Numbered from the stretch's first letter, positions 10,901 to 19,476 are shown. The stretch: DNA of 64,000 nucleotides from Candidatus Binatia bacterium (GCA_038245295.1 JBBRSP010000018.1:1-64000); one strand, 5' to 3'. Notes: generated by a model from the sequence alone, not told the origin. Numbers and translations are program-made.

Positions 10901-13900
10901 TCTACCCAGTGGGCATGTTGAAGGCACGTCAAACCGACCAGAGCGGATTCAATACTGAGGTTGCCAACACCGCCGCATTCAGCATCGACAAGACGATTCG
11001 TTCGATGCAGTTGCTGAATGACCAGGGCTTGGATACCGGCGATAACATTACCGCGGACGGCCGCGTCGTCATCAACAATTTCGATTCGGGACTCCCCTAC
11101 GAGTACAGCGGCGACGGTGGCACGACCTGGCAGGCCGGTGGCCCTCTGGGTACCGGTCTGGGCTTCACCCTTCCGGCCGGCATCTACTCCGCAGGCGATG
11201 TTCGTGTGCGCCAGGTCGTCGCAGGCTTCACCACTGGCACGGCGAATAACACGACCTACATCATCGATTCCATTAACGGCCAAGGTGTCCTCGACCTGGC
11301 AACCGACACGGGAGAAAGCGCTAGCGACGGCCTCACGTCGGACCAGAGGATCACAATCACCGGGTTCCGCGACGTACTGCCCTGGGAGTACACGACCAAC
11401 GGCGGCACGAGTTGGTTGCCTGGCACCCAGACCTCTGGTGCTGTGCAGTCGTTTACTCTCGCCGAAGGCAACTATGCGGTTGGCACGATTCGGGCGCGGC
11501 AGACCGATGCGGCGGGCTTCATTACTCAGTTTAACAACGCCGCAGCCTTTATCATCGACCTCACGATCGGCAACGCCACGATCGTCATGGTCAATGACAC
11601 CGGAATCAGCAACACCGACCTTACCTCCGCCGACGGTACCATACGCATCACCCTCTCGGGTATTGTGGCCGGTGACATCTGGGAATACACCATCGACAGC
11701 GGCAAGAACTGGACCCTAGGAATTGGCGCCAGCGGCATCGAATTTGTTCTGGCAAATGGTTCGTATACGGCGCTGCAGGTCATGGCGCGGTTGAGCGATG
11801 GGGCGGGGAATCAATCCGTCACCAAGTTCGAAAAGGCGTTCCGTATCGACAACACCGATACTCAGGCGCCCGTGTTCACCAGCCCGGCGCGCACCGTGAA
11901 CCTCGATGCTGACGCCGACGGCGCGGGGACTATCGCTACGGGTACAACCCTGCACACCCCGGCAATCACCGATGCCAACTTCGTGGTCTATAGTTTGAGT
12001 GGCCCCGATGCGTCTCTCTTCAACATCGATCCGAACACCGGCAAGCTGACCTTCCGCACCGCCACTGGCTATCGGGTGGGCGGTCCCAACAGCTACCACG
12101 TTACCATCCTGGCCACGGATCTATTTGGGAATGCTGCGCCACAGGACGTGACGATCGAATTGAAGGGGCCCCCAAAACTGGCTTCCACCGTTCCGGGAAA
12201 TGGCGAGAAGATGCCGACAGCCGGTGCGCTTGCGCTGACCTTCGATACGCCGGTCCGTCTCGGCACCGGCACCATTAGTCTACGCCATAACGACACGGGC
12301 CAAATGCTGGCGTTTGATGTGCAGGATGCCAGCCAGGTGAGCGTCTCGGGCAACACGGTGACGATCCAGCCCTCGACAGCGTTAGCGGACGGCGCGAGCT
12401 ACGGGGTATTGGCCGCGGCAGGATCCGTGGTAAGCGAGGAGGGATTCCCCTGGGCAGGTATCAGCACATACTGGACCTGGCAGTTTGGTGTTTCGAACAG
12501 CCTACAGCTTCAGGCAACCGGCGTCGTGGGCGTCGACAACGAGGTGAAGATTACCCAGTCTGCGGAGGACGTGAATCAGGCGTCGTTCTTTGCGAACTCC
12601 GTCTCGCGTGCCGGTGACGTGAATGGCGACGGCCGCGACGACTTCCTCGTCGCCCTGACGACGGCGGATCCCAGCGGCCGCATTGATGCTGGACGGATCT
12701 ACGTTGTCTTCGGTACCGACAGCCCGGCGGCCATTGATCTGGCACAAGTGGCAGCCGGCAACGGCGGCTTCGTAATCAACGGCGCCACCACCAAAGACCA
12801 GGCCGGCAAGGCCGTGGCCGCAATCGGCGACTTCAATGGAGACGGTAAGGCCGACATCGTGGTGACAGCTCCGCCCGCCGCAGCAAAGATCGGCACGGCC
12901 TATGTCATTTATGGAAAGACCACGGGGACTCCGGTCGAACTTTCGACTATCGCAGCCGGCATCGGCGGGTTCTCGATTGTGGGCAACGACGCCGTCAGCA
13001 ACTTCAACCGTGTCGCCGGAATCGGTGACTTCAATGGCGACGGATTCCCCGACATCGCTTTAGGATCAACCGGGGCCAAGTCGGTGACGGTACAGGTGAA
13101 GACGCGCGACGAGGTCAAGGAATGGAGCGAAACCAAGACCTGGCAAACTAGCAGCGTCGACGTGGTCAAAACAACGGAACCGGTGACGGTTGTCAATCCA
13201 TTTGCCATCTATGATGTGATCCACGATCCACTCTCCTTCGCTGTTGAGAACGCAGGGGACCTGGTCACGAATCCCAAGATGGCATTCACCAACGACGATA
13301 CTGTTTTCAGAAACACCACAAAGACAACGACGACCACTACGACGTGGACACAGACGACCTACTACAAGCAAACCACGACGTATACGACGACCACTACCAT
13401 CACCAGCCCGTCGGCGGGTCTTGTCTACGTGTTGTTCGGCGGCCGTGGTGCTAGTGCCTACCAAAACCTGACGCTCGACAAGATCTCCAGAAGCGGGAGC
13501 GGTCTCGGCTTTTCAATCACCGGCGACAAGCCGGGCGGCGGACTGGGATCGACTTTGACTCCAATCGGCGACGTCGATGGTGACGGGTACTCGGATTTCT
13601 ATCTTTCGTCTCGGGCTTGGTTCAATGAAGCCAATGTCAGCTACGTCGTGCTGGGGAACAATCGAACCCCCGCAAGCCTCACGCCGTCGGACCTGGCCCG
13701 TCAGGTTGGTGGCTACAGCGTTACCGACTCTGCAAAGATTGGTGCCGGCATCGGTGCCGAAGGTCTCGGTGACCTCAACGGGGACGGCTACGCCGACTTC
13801 GCCGTCAATACCTATGGCGGCCGTGTCTATGTGGTCTACGGCAAAGGAGGTAATGCCAACCTCGATCTCGGCACGATCGATTCGGGTAGCGGCGGGTTTG

Positions 13901-14898
13901 TCATCCGTGCAGACGGCCGCGATGAAGCGGAAAATCTCTATGCGCTGGGCGATGTGAGTGGCGACGGCATTCCCGACCTGATGGCCACGGATGGCTCGCG
14001 CAACGTTTGGGTCATCTACGGCAAGGGCAACAGCAGCGCGGTGAACCTGGCAGACATCAAAGCCGGTATCGGTGGATTCCACGCCGACGCAAGTAGCACC
14101 GGCATCGACGGCGCCGCAGGGGTGGGTGACTTCAATGGTGATGGGCTGAACGACATCCTCTTCCTTCTGAACGACTACCCCAACTTGGATCTTCTTTATC
14201 TGCTGCCGGGAGCGACCGAGGGCTTGGCTTGGAAGGGCACGCACGTCAACCAACTCGGCACCACCGGCGACGACAGCTTGAGCTCCAGCGGCGGCAAGTC
14301 GCTGGTCGGCAAGGCCGGGAACGATGTCTTCACCAGCAACGGAGCGGATGTGCTTTATGGTGGCGACGGCAACGACTCATTTGTCGTGAGCTCGAGTATG
14401 GCCACGGCGTTGGCGGCGGGCCTCGGGGCCGCTGGAAATACCAACCGTCTGGCAGCGATCAATGGCGGTGGTGGCAGTGACACCATCGTTTCCATGGTGG
14501 CAAGCCTGGTTTTGAACCCGATCACGCGTGTAGCGGCGGGAACGCCATCGCTTACCAGGCGGCTCGCCAATATTGAGCGCGTCGATCTCGCTCAGGACCC
14601 TGGTGTCAATGAGCTAAGTGTCAGACCCAATGACGTCGCCGAGTTGGCGAGTATGAACCGGTTCAACACCGGCAATGGCTGGACCAACCAATCCGGCGCA
14701 ACCCTCGCCGCCACGACAGAGCAGCACCAGCTTCTCGTTGATGGCGGTGCGAACGACAAGGTTCGCTTACTCACCGGCTTGGGGGGGTTCACCAGCGCCG
14801 GGACGGTGCAGAGTCCGACGGGCGAAGTGTATCGCGTCTATAGTGGCAGCGTCCTGCACGTGCAGCTGCTGATCAAGTCAGGCATCACGATCATTTAA
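4912..14898 (+). CDS. Giant mosaic surface/adhesin protein (Cys-rich myxococcal repeat, DUF11, Ig-like, cadherin-like, delta-60 propeller, CLec-like, Big_5, FG-GAP, RTX)
   Basis: Uninterrupted ORF with ATG 4912 after GGAG. Contains a signal peptide (..LLLALLCAGWLTPAPPALG), CGNGLVEAGEACD, DLKIEKTG..LRYTLSVT, repeated L..D.G...DGIT/WEY..DGG.W/VRQ.D.AGN units, LD..FG..G repeats, multiple GDFNGDG..D FG-GAP blades and GGDGND-type nonapeptides. Confidence 0.92.
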   Translation: MSKPAEEKFGLSLLPVAAGGLLLALLCAGWLTPAPPALGQAVPTCGNGLVEAGEACDPGGRCSPIDGSVCNSDGDCPSGARCIALGGDGDCCSATCQVEESMSCGTCDDGEDNDHDQLADRFDPECASLYELYGEALVATDNIRAQRGADFASESSVRSFGGSERSYLSPSPPYPPYAPYPLGPSGAASCLPSASFGAGSRFDGPVALRGRSLFSTYRLGEVGPTMFAGIPADSDPMLFAGLPGLVSIVPPGTEIFSAQYRPLLGIGTCRTAGTPCVTDLDCPGVNEPCQGKFALSDPAAVAQGLVDRTGTAESFVDCLAALDELGALPDLLRQLAPTRPALKEIRLTRRSGDKVITLADDVDEVLDLASLRVGYSRTLTLRGNPKSLILRVRGNVEFWKSSHIVLAGGLTPDRVLWFLDGKARLSFASRQRLAAPSAIHVYGTFVALDLPTASTIGSNSRLSGALFSKQVKLSQRATLEHVPFSPLLPIDLKIEKTGAPNPPNPALAPDVTTVVAGENLRYTLSVTYSGPSYAPAVTVTDTLPGEVEFVAATPSRGTCLHDGHASGGTVTCYLGTLARADQEPINLTTIIIDVRVRNNIDGNILNTARVSAAIGETKPSDNQASLLTPVITLCDIFVGPPTAPTFALVTDSGASNSDGITNVPDVVVHYARCGTWEYQVDNAGWLTGSGSGFQLSPGSHSYVVRHTDQNGTLSPASDPRVFEYKSTSALLGVTLVDASDAAIAGDATHDASATLAVSGIEVNAEWSYLVDLGDTWTPGSGNHIPLVEGKHEYVIRQIDVAGNQSGTGGGFTRDTSGIGTLTMALVEDTGTPGDGITANPLVQVSGIKAGAIWEYNIDGHPVWTRGKDDRFELIADTHVYSVRQSDDAGNKSTSDPVEFSLSTGVQIPLLRLEVDSGPGEGGILVDGISNQPKVLVYYLESAATWEYRIDGGAWITGVGDSFNMLQDGTKHSYFARQTSVGGVRSLESPEAMLQFDNVPPAALGIALVSDSGLPSDGITNVSSIQIIGLDEGDLFEYQLDGGAWLLWRSDVIAMQVGTHSYAVRRYDVAGNVSTVTSATFTYLNADVGAPTLVLNQDAGIDPSDRTTNLGQVNVIISGADPAASWEYQVDNGAWQPGSGHSFQAIAGVHTYRVRQSDVAGNNSPASDPFTVHFLLAAPVFISLNHAVVADPDSERQTLIGTNTVLYTAEATDPDGNGVTYGLLDDSLFTIDHATGALRFKEPIGYILGGANVYTAQIIAISDAGNSSQLNVEVQVVRTNSAAPQIDLGEVKTGVLTPDAAYDSLILHPQGGSLGKITGTLKRLSSLGEVDTGFTPVTVGSNVRVVVDGQGRIYVVSTGGLNFSVTRYGAGGTLDSGYGSGGTVTFSPSSNTNLYRVTDVGVRSDGTLFAVGEQEPTSSVSTAVDSALWIASPNGAILTNSVTNFIAGATDVNLKVLPGSNPGHLYVLNLYTTTNILYRLHRYINGALDSSFGSGGEVAFGIVPPKGAWVDPQGRILILTNTGNLTRYSANGVVDGSYSAPTLPVGDISGVAFAADGGLFYFTSDSAAATVRRLNANGALNTSFGANGVLSLGPKSHAGSVGGTAVTSALSFDESSGLLNLVGNYSDTDLVRLVWTITQVDSSGVLDDRFGDVALTITEGNRPIAMLTTAANIIDIDNAGTNYGGVTVTIERQGGANSDDIFAARGDLQLNSQGEVVWGATVVGSYTQGSGRLEIIFNQQATHTVFDGVLRALTYYNSSQHPTALVRLAWTVNDHDPAGARSTSATQTINIADDFKDVGDGKIITPMNGATTTLKNYALINGRHYYLASNLTHDQLDQRFNGGSDTTDTARTVVQPDGSTFKLLTQSELVTLRATPNLPSAYVTSGFTAYWTASLGSGPGNHVAYAFGSYGSRPDSQTGTAFVEAIPSPFTVSGPVTPQLSLAEDNGDLPNDNLTSNGRVNILGFERALPHDYSTDGGTTWTSRVAGSELFFILPEGVYPVGMLKARQTDQSGFNTEVANTAAFSIDKTIRSMQLLNDQGLDTGDNITADGRVVINNFDSGLPYEYSGDGGTTWQAGGPLGTGLGFTLPAGIYSAGDVRVRQVVAGFTTGTANNTTYIIDSINGQGVLDLATDTGESASDGLTSDQRITITGFRDVLPWEYTTNGGTSWLPGTQTSGAVQSFTLAEGNYAVGTIRARQTDAAGFITQFNNAAAFIIDLTIGNATIVMVNDTGISNTDLTSADGTIRITLSGIVAGDIWEYTIDSGKNWTLGIGASGIEFVLANGSYTALQVMARLSDGAGNQSVTKFEKAFRIDNTDTQAPVFTSPARTVNLDADADGAGTIATGTTLHTPAITDANFVVYSLSGPDASLFNIDPNTGKLTFRTATGYRVGGPNSYHVTILATDLFGNAAPQDVTIELKGPPKLASTVPGNGEKMPTAGALALTFDTPVRLGTGTISLRHNDTGQMLAFDVQDASQVSVSGNTVTIQPSTALADGASYGVLAAAGSVVSEEGFPWAGISTYWTWQFGVSNSLQLQATGVVGVDNEVKITQSAEDVNQASFFANSVSRAGDVNGDGRDDFLVALTTADPSGRIDAGRIYVVFGTDSPAAIDLAQVAAGNGGFVINGATTKDQAGKAVAAIGDFNGDGKADIVVTAPPAAAKIGTAYVIYGKTTGTPVELSTIAAGIGGFSIVGNDAVSNFNRVAGIGDFNGDGFPDIALGSTGAKSVTVQVKTRDEVKEWSETKTWQTSSVDVVKTTEPVTVVNPFAIYDVIHDPLSFAVENAGDLVTNPKMAFTNDDTVFRNTTKTTTTTTTWTQTTYYKQTTTYTTTTTITSPSAGLVYVLFGGRGASAYQNLTLDKISRSGSGLGFSITGDKPGGGLGSTLTPIGDVDGDGYSDFYLSSRAWFNEANVSYVVLGNNRTPASLTPSDLARQVGGYSVTDSAKIGAGIGAEGLGDLNGDGYADFAVNTYGGRVYVVYGKGGNANLDLGTIDSGSGGFVIRADGRDEAENLYALGDVSGDGIPDLMATDGSRNVWVIYGKGNSSAVNLADIKAGIGGFHADASSTGIDGAAGVGDFNGDGLNDILFLLNDYPNLDLLYLLPGATEGLAWKGTHVNQLGTTGDDSLSSSGGKSLVGKAGNDVFTSNGADVLYGGDGNDSFVVSSSMATALAAGLGAAGNTNRLAAINGGGGSDTIVSMVASLVLNPITRVAAGTPSLTRRLANIERVDLAQDPGVNELSVRPNDVAELASMNRFNTGNGWTNQSGATLAATTEQHQLLVDGGANDKVRLLTGLGGFTSAGTVQSPTGEVYRVYSGSVLHVQLLIKSGITII

Positions 14899-14998
14899 CC
14901 ACCAGGCACGCGGCGCATGGGCAGCGGGTGAACGTAGAGGCGATTCGTGCAATTCGCCGGGAATCGCGCCAATCGCCTCTATACGTCACCTTTTGCCC

Positions 14999-15126
14999 CG
15001 GGTCGCCGCCCTTTCAGGGCTTCAAGGCGACCACAGCGACCACACGTCCGGGAGAACGTTTGTCTCAGAAATGTGTGGGTTCTGTGAGGACTTCACCGAA
15101 GTGGAGCGTGTAGAACCCGTCACGCC
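14999..15126 (+). repeat. ~120-bp direct repeat, copy 2
   Basis: Matches 4466-4584 with scattered substitutions and a short internal duplication (GCGACCACA-GCGACCACA). Confidence 0.95.
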
Positions 15127-15159
15127 GCTCGGGCGTCGATGCGTTGGACGGCGTGCCAC

Positions 15160-15580
15160 CGGCAATGACCCTGTCATCCGCGACAATAGCTTGGACAACT
15201 GCGGCACGGCGATTCGCATCGCCGGCAGCGGGGCGCAGGTCCGCGGCAGCCGCATCGGGTACGTCACCAGCATCGGCGTGGTGCTCGATACGACGAGCAG
15301 CGCCGCCGACGTGCGGGAGAATCACTCCTCCAGCGCGAACGGCGTTGGCATTACGATCGGCGGCGCCGGCCACCTGGTGCGCCGCAACCTGATCCACGGC
15401 AACCCCTTCGGCGGGTTCACCACGACGGGCACGCCGACGAGCGTGCAGCTTGTAGAGAACGTCGTCGTCGGCACGGCCGCTGCTTCCTACTCACGCGCCA
15501 GTGGAACCGGCTGGACCTTGACGAAGAACGCCGCGCTGAACGGCGCTTCGGGATTTTACCTGACCGCCGGCTCCACGCAC
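15160..15580 (+). pseudogene. Fragment of a right-handed parallel beta-helix protein
   Basis: Periodic I/V-R-x-N and G-I-x-I turns (VIRDNS, VRENH, VRRNLIHGN, LVENVVVG, LTKNAALNG). No plausible start or signal peptide, and the frame degenerates after ..YLTAGST. Confidence 0.6.
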
Positions 15581-15832
15581 CCCATCTTTTGCCGCAAGCG
15601 GCGGCGGATGACGGCGGGCGATGGAGGACACCCACCCGCGTCCAAGACAACACTTCCCCACGGTGACCGGCCCACGATTTAATAAACCAACAAGAACGAC
15701 GCCGTTCACGGCCCGCGCCGCCCCCACCACCACGACTGCTACGCGCAAGCCATCAGCGAACACCCGAACATCGTACAGGTGTCCCGGCAAATGCCCGCTT
15801 ACTACGTTGCCCGTCGGAGCGCGAAATCTCGC

Positions 15833-16324
15833 CTATGCGCCGCCTAGCCCTTCGTTGCCGTACGAGCCTGCCGGACCCGCGCCGCCCGGCCCCAGTCGGC
15901 CGCCGTCTCCCAGGTGTCCTTTGCCCGGCACGTGGTTGACTTCGATGCGTATGCCGTCGGGATCCTCGAAGAGAACCGAATAGTAGCCCGGCGCAAAGCC
16001 GCCCTCTTCGGGCGCGTGCACAATGCGGGCGCCGAGCTCGATGGCCTGCTTGTGCGCGGCGTCGACATCTTCACGCGAGCGGGCGCGGAAGCAGACATGA
16101 TGCAGGCCAGGGCGCTCCTGGTCGAACGGCCGGTCACGTTTTTGCGGCGGCGCACCGCGCACGAGAACGCCGGTGCGGCCGCCGATGCAGTAGACGATCT
16201 CGTCGGCCTTGATCAGCGTGGTCATCCCGAAGAAGTGACACAGCGATTCCCAGAACGGGATGCAGCGGCCCGGGTCGTTCACCGTCAACTGAATATGCGC
16301 AATGCCGTTGATGTCGATCGCCAT
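15833..16324 (-). CDS. VOC/glyoxalase family protein
   Basis: IAHIQLTVND, GLHHVCFRA and YYSVLFEDPDGIRIEV motifs; start at MAIDING. Confidence 0.9.
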   Translation of the reverse strand: MAIDINGIAHIQLTVNDPGRCIPFWESLCHFFGMTTLIKADEIVYCIGGRTGVLVRGAPPQKRDRPFDQERPGLHHVCFRARSREDVDAAHKQAIELGARIVHAPEEGGFAPGYYSVLFEDPDGIRIEVNHVPGKGHLGDGGRLGPGGAGPAGSYGNEGLGGA

Positions 16325-16382
16325 GGCGCTCCGGCTACCATAAAACACTCGACAGCATAGAGGGGTTGGGCGCCACTGAAGT

Positions 16383-16468
16383 CGGGCACGGGCAAGGGCA
16401 AGGGATCCACCTGATCAATGGTCCGCCACTTGGCAGGCGGATTCCTTACTTGCCCTTGCCCGTACCCG
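16383..16468. repeat. Inverted repeat CGGGCACGGGCAAGGGCAAG / CTTGCCCTTGCCCGTACCCG
   Basis: 19/20-bp inverted match (16383-16402 vs 16449-16468) in a divergent intergenic region. Confidence 0.85.
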
Positions 16469-16572
16469 CCTTCTTTTGTGCCCGCATCCGTTTGGTCCCG
16501 GTGTACACTTGGGGTACGGTCGACAGGCGTTGGCGAGCGGCGCAAATCCGTTCCAATACAGGGGAGAACACA

Positions 16573-17046
16573 ATGAAAACCTTTACCTTCGTAATCGCGT
16601 GCGCCTTCGTGGGTGCGACTGTTGCGGCGGCGGCACCGGTGTCGCCGGTCGAGGTGCCCATTCGCCAGTTCGTGGACAGCTTCAACAAAGGAGATACGAA
16701 CGGCGCCGAAGCGGCCACCGTGAGCAGTGGGATGACAGTCACCGACGAGGTGCCACCGTTTCAGTGGCAGGGCGCAAACGCGTTCAAGGCGTGGCTCGAC
16801 GATCTGGGAACGTTCGACACCGCGCACGGCCGTACGGACGGCAACGTCACCGTGGGCAAGACGATTCGCCAGGAAATCTCCGGAGACAACGCCTACGTGA
16901 TCATAAGTGGCGTCTACTCCTTCAAAGAGCACGGTAAAGCGATGCATGCGGCGGCGCAGTTGACCTTCACCCTGCGACAGGAAGCCGCCGGTTGGCGGAT
17001 CAGCGGGATGACGTACACGGCGCCGAAGCCCACGGCGTCGAGGTAG
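16573..17046 (+). CDS. Secreted NTF2/SnoaL-like protein
   Basis: GGGAGA RBS, signal peptide MKTFTFVIACAFVGATVAAA, PIRQFVDSFNKGD, DEVPPFQWQG, LTFTL....GWRI. Confidence 0.85.
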   Translation: MKTFTFVIACAFVGATVAAAAPVSPVEVPIRQFVDSFNKGDTNGAEAATVSSGMTVTDEVPPFQWQGANAFKAWLDDLGTFDTAHGRTDGNVTVGKTIRQEISGDNAYVIISGVYSFKEHGKAMHAAAQLTFTLRQEAAGWRISGMTYTAPKPTASR

Positions 17047-17088
17047 GTCGCCTTGGAAGGCTCTCGCCTCCTGGGCTATTCGCCGGGC

Positions 17089-18390
17089 ATGTCATTCCGC
17101 CATGTTGTCGCCGCTGTTGTTTTGTTTTCGCTCGCCGCCTGCGGCGAAGAGGCAGGTAACGGAGTTCCGCTGACCGTCGTCACGGGACAGTTGATCGGTG
17201 GCACCGGCGAATACCCCGGGGCCATCAAAGGCGTTCATTTTCGCTCGCGCAGTCAGTCTGGATTTACCGACGGCGACGGAACCTTCCGTTACGTCGAGGG
17301 AGAAACGGTGACGTTCGGTGTCGCTGACGTCGACTTCCGTACAGTGCACGGCGCGGCGATGGTCTCGCCTTGGCAGCTGGCTGCCACTGGGCAGTGTGCG
17401 GAGAGCGACGAGCTGACTCGCTTGCTCGTTCTGCTTTTCAGCCTCGATGGGGACGGCGATGCGTCGAATGGGACTGATGTGCCAAATGTCGCGCCGAGTG
17501 CACGCCAGCGTTCGCTGGCGACTCTTTCCGATGGCGACGTGACGGCGCTGATTGATCGGCTTTTCCCGGGTCGCAGCCTGATTGATGGCGACAGTGCCAT
17601 CGATCGGTTCATCACGCAGATGGATGGCGAGATCTGGCAGCAGATCGGTATCGAGGAGTTCCCGCTCACCGTTGGCCTGGTGCGCTCACAAGGCGTCACC
17701 ACGGACGGCTCGTCGTGGTTCTTCTCCTGGAAACTCGGGCTCGAGAAGACCGACCTCGATTATGTCACCCAACTGAGTGTCACCACGACGGCGATCCCAC
17801 CTGATCTTGCTGTGCTCGGCGATAATCACATTGGTGACATCGATTTCTGGAACGGCATGATCTACGCGCCGATCGAAGACGGGCCGAGTTACCGGCACCC
17901 GCATATCGTCCTCTTCGATCCCGCTACTCTCATGGCGGGGCAAGAACACGCATTGTCCGACACACCGCTCACCAAAGGCGTGCCGTGGGTGTCAGTGGAC
18001 GCGGCACGTGGCCATGCCTATGTCGCGGAGTGGGATCCGACTCCGCAGATCTTCGTTCTCGACCTCACCACCCTGGCGTTCCAGGGAGCCATCCCGCTGC
18101 ACAGGACGATCGGACGCATTCAAGGAACCAAGGTCTTCGAAGGCTCCCTCTATGCCGCCAGCGACGATGACGCCAAGGACATCTACAAGATCAACCTCGA
18201 CACCGGCACCGTCATTCCGCTGTTCGCCTTCCATCAGCCGTTTGAGCAGGAAGGCCTGGTATTCCTCGATCGTCCCGATGGCTCGCTGCTGCACACCCTG
18301 AACGTGAGTAATCCCGTGCGCGGCACCCAGCTGCGGCATCATCAGCGTGTGCGCGCGCCGTTGCGGCAGGATGTCTGCGCCAGTCGGTAG
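17089..18390 (+). CDS. Lipoprotein with an N-terminal beta-sandwich and a C-terminal beta-propeller
   Basis: Lipobox LAAC; SGFTDGDGTFRY..GETVTFGV module; propeller-like C-terminal half (SQGVTTDG..W, HIGDID, IQG....GSLY). Confidence 0.75.
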   Translation: MSFRHVVAAVVLFSLAACGEEAGNGVPLTVVTGQLIGGTGEYPGAIKGVHFRSRSQSGFTDGDGTFRYVEGETVTFGVADVDFRTVHGAAMVSPWQLAATGQCAESDELTRLLVLLFSLDGDGDASNGTDVPNVAPSARQRSLATLSDGDVTALIDRLFPGRSLIDGDSAIDRFITQMDGEIWQQIGIEEFPLTVGLVRSQGVTTDGSSWFFSWKLGLEKTDLDYVTQLSVTTTAIPPDLAVLGDNHIGDIDFWNGMIYAPIEDGPSYRHPHIVLFDPATLMAGQEHALSDTPLTKGVPWVSVDAARGHAYVAEWDPTPQIFVLDLTTLAFQGAIPLHRTIGRIQGTKVFEGSLYAASDDDAKDIYKINLDTGTVIPLFAFHQPFEQEGLVFLDRPDGSLLHTLNVSNPVRGTQLRHHQRVRAPLRQDVCASR

Positions 18391-18395
18391 GGGCC

Positions 18396-19334
18396 CTACG
18401 GGATCACCGTGTGTCCAGATTCGGTGAACTTCCGCAGGAACGCGATGGTCATCGGCCACGCCTGCTCGGCTGCCTTGCGGTTGGCGCCGCTTTGACCGCT
18501 CTGGGCGCGCAGGAAGCCGTGCCCGGCGTTTTCGAACGTGTGCGGCTCGTACGTTTTACCGAGATCATTCATCTTCGCTTGCGTCGCGGCAATCGTCGCC
18601 CCGATGCGGGCGTCGGCGCCGCCGTAGAGGCCGAGGACCGGCGCCTTGATCTGCGCCAGCGTTGTCGCCGGGGTGAACGAACCCTGTGCCGTGCCAGGTT
18701 GGGTCGGCGCGCTACCGTAGTAAACGACCGCTGCGTCGAGCGCGGGCTGGGAGACCGCGTAGGCGAAGCTCTGCGAGCCGCCGAAGCAGTAGCCGACCGT
18801 GGCGCTTTTGCCGTTGGCCGCCGGCAGCTTCAGACCATAGGCGCGCACGGCGTCCAGCCGCGCCGTCATCTCCGTCTGTGGCAACGCCATCACCGCCTGG
18901 GTCACATCGTCGCGCGTCGAATACGCGTCGGTGCCGCCACCGTTCGGGCCGTGGCCGGACAGCAGGTCGGGCGCCAGGGCGATGAAGCCTTCCGCCGCGA
19001 GATGGTCGGCAACACCGCGAATCCAGTCGGTCAAGCCGAAGATCTCCTGGATCACGAGGATGACCGGGGCTTTGTCCGGACGCTCCGGGTAGACGACAAA
19101 CGTATTCACCGGCCCACCGGTCACGTCGACCTTGACCCATTCGCTATGACGCGGCGAGGTACTGAGGCGCACCTTTGCGCCTTCTTCATCGGCCGGTAGC
19201 TTGAGGTTGTTCGGTGCCGCGGCCGACTCCGTCGCATGCCCGGCATGTTCCTCCTTGCCGTGATCTTGAGCCCGCGCCGGCGCAAAACAAAGCGCGGTCG
19301 TAGCCACAATCGCAACGATGAGACGAGCGTTCAT
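18396..19334 (-). CDS. Dienelactone hydrolase family protein (exported)
   Basis: Signal peptide; QEIFGL, GYCFGG nucleophile elbow, YGGAD, AGHGF. Confidence 0.92.
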   Translation of the reverse strand: MNARLIVAIVATTALCFAPARAQDHGKEEHAGHATESAAAPNNLKLPADEEGAKVRLSTSPRHSEWVKVDVTGGPVNTFVVYPERPDKAPVILVIQEIFGLTDWIRGVADHLAAEGFIALAPDLLSGHGPNGGGTDAYSTRDDVTQAVMALPQTEMTARLDAVRAYGLKLPAANGKSATVGYCFGGSQSFAYAVSQPALDAAVVYYGSAPTQPGTAQGSFTPATTLAQIKAPVLGLYGGADARIGATIAATQAKMNDLGKTYEPHTFENAGHGFLRAQSGQSGANRKAAEQAWPMTIAFLRKFTESGHTVIP

Positions 19335-19476
19335 GGTGCCTCCTCTAGATTGCAGATTCCACAGCGAATAGGCGGCAGCAAGCAACAATAGATAAGTTGA
19401 TCAATCTGCTTGCCCGCGCCGGGCTGCGGATGCGTGTTGTGGTCGACGCACAAGCGGCCTAGGACATGCCCTCGGC

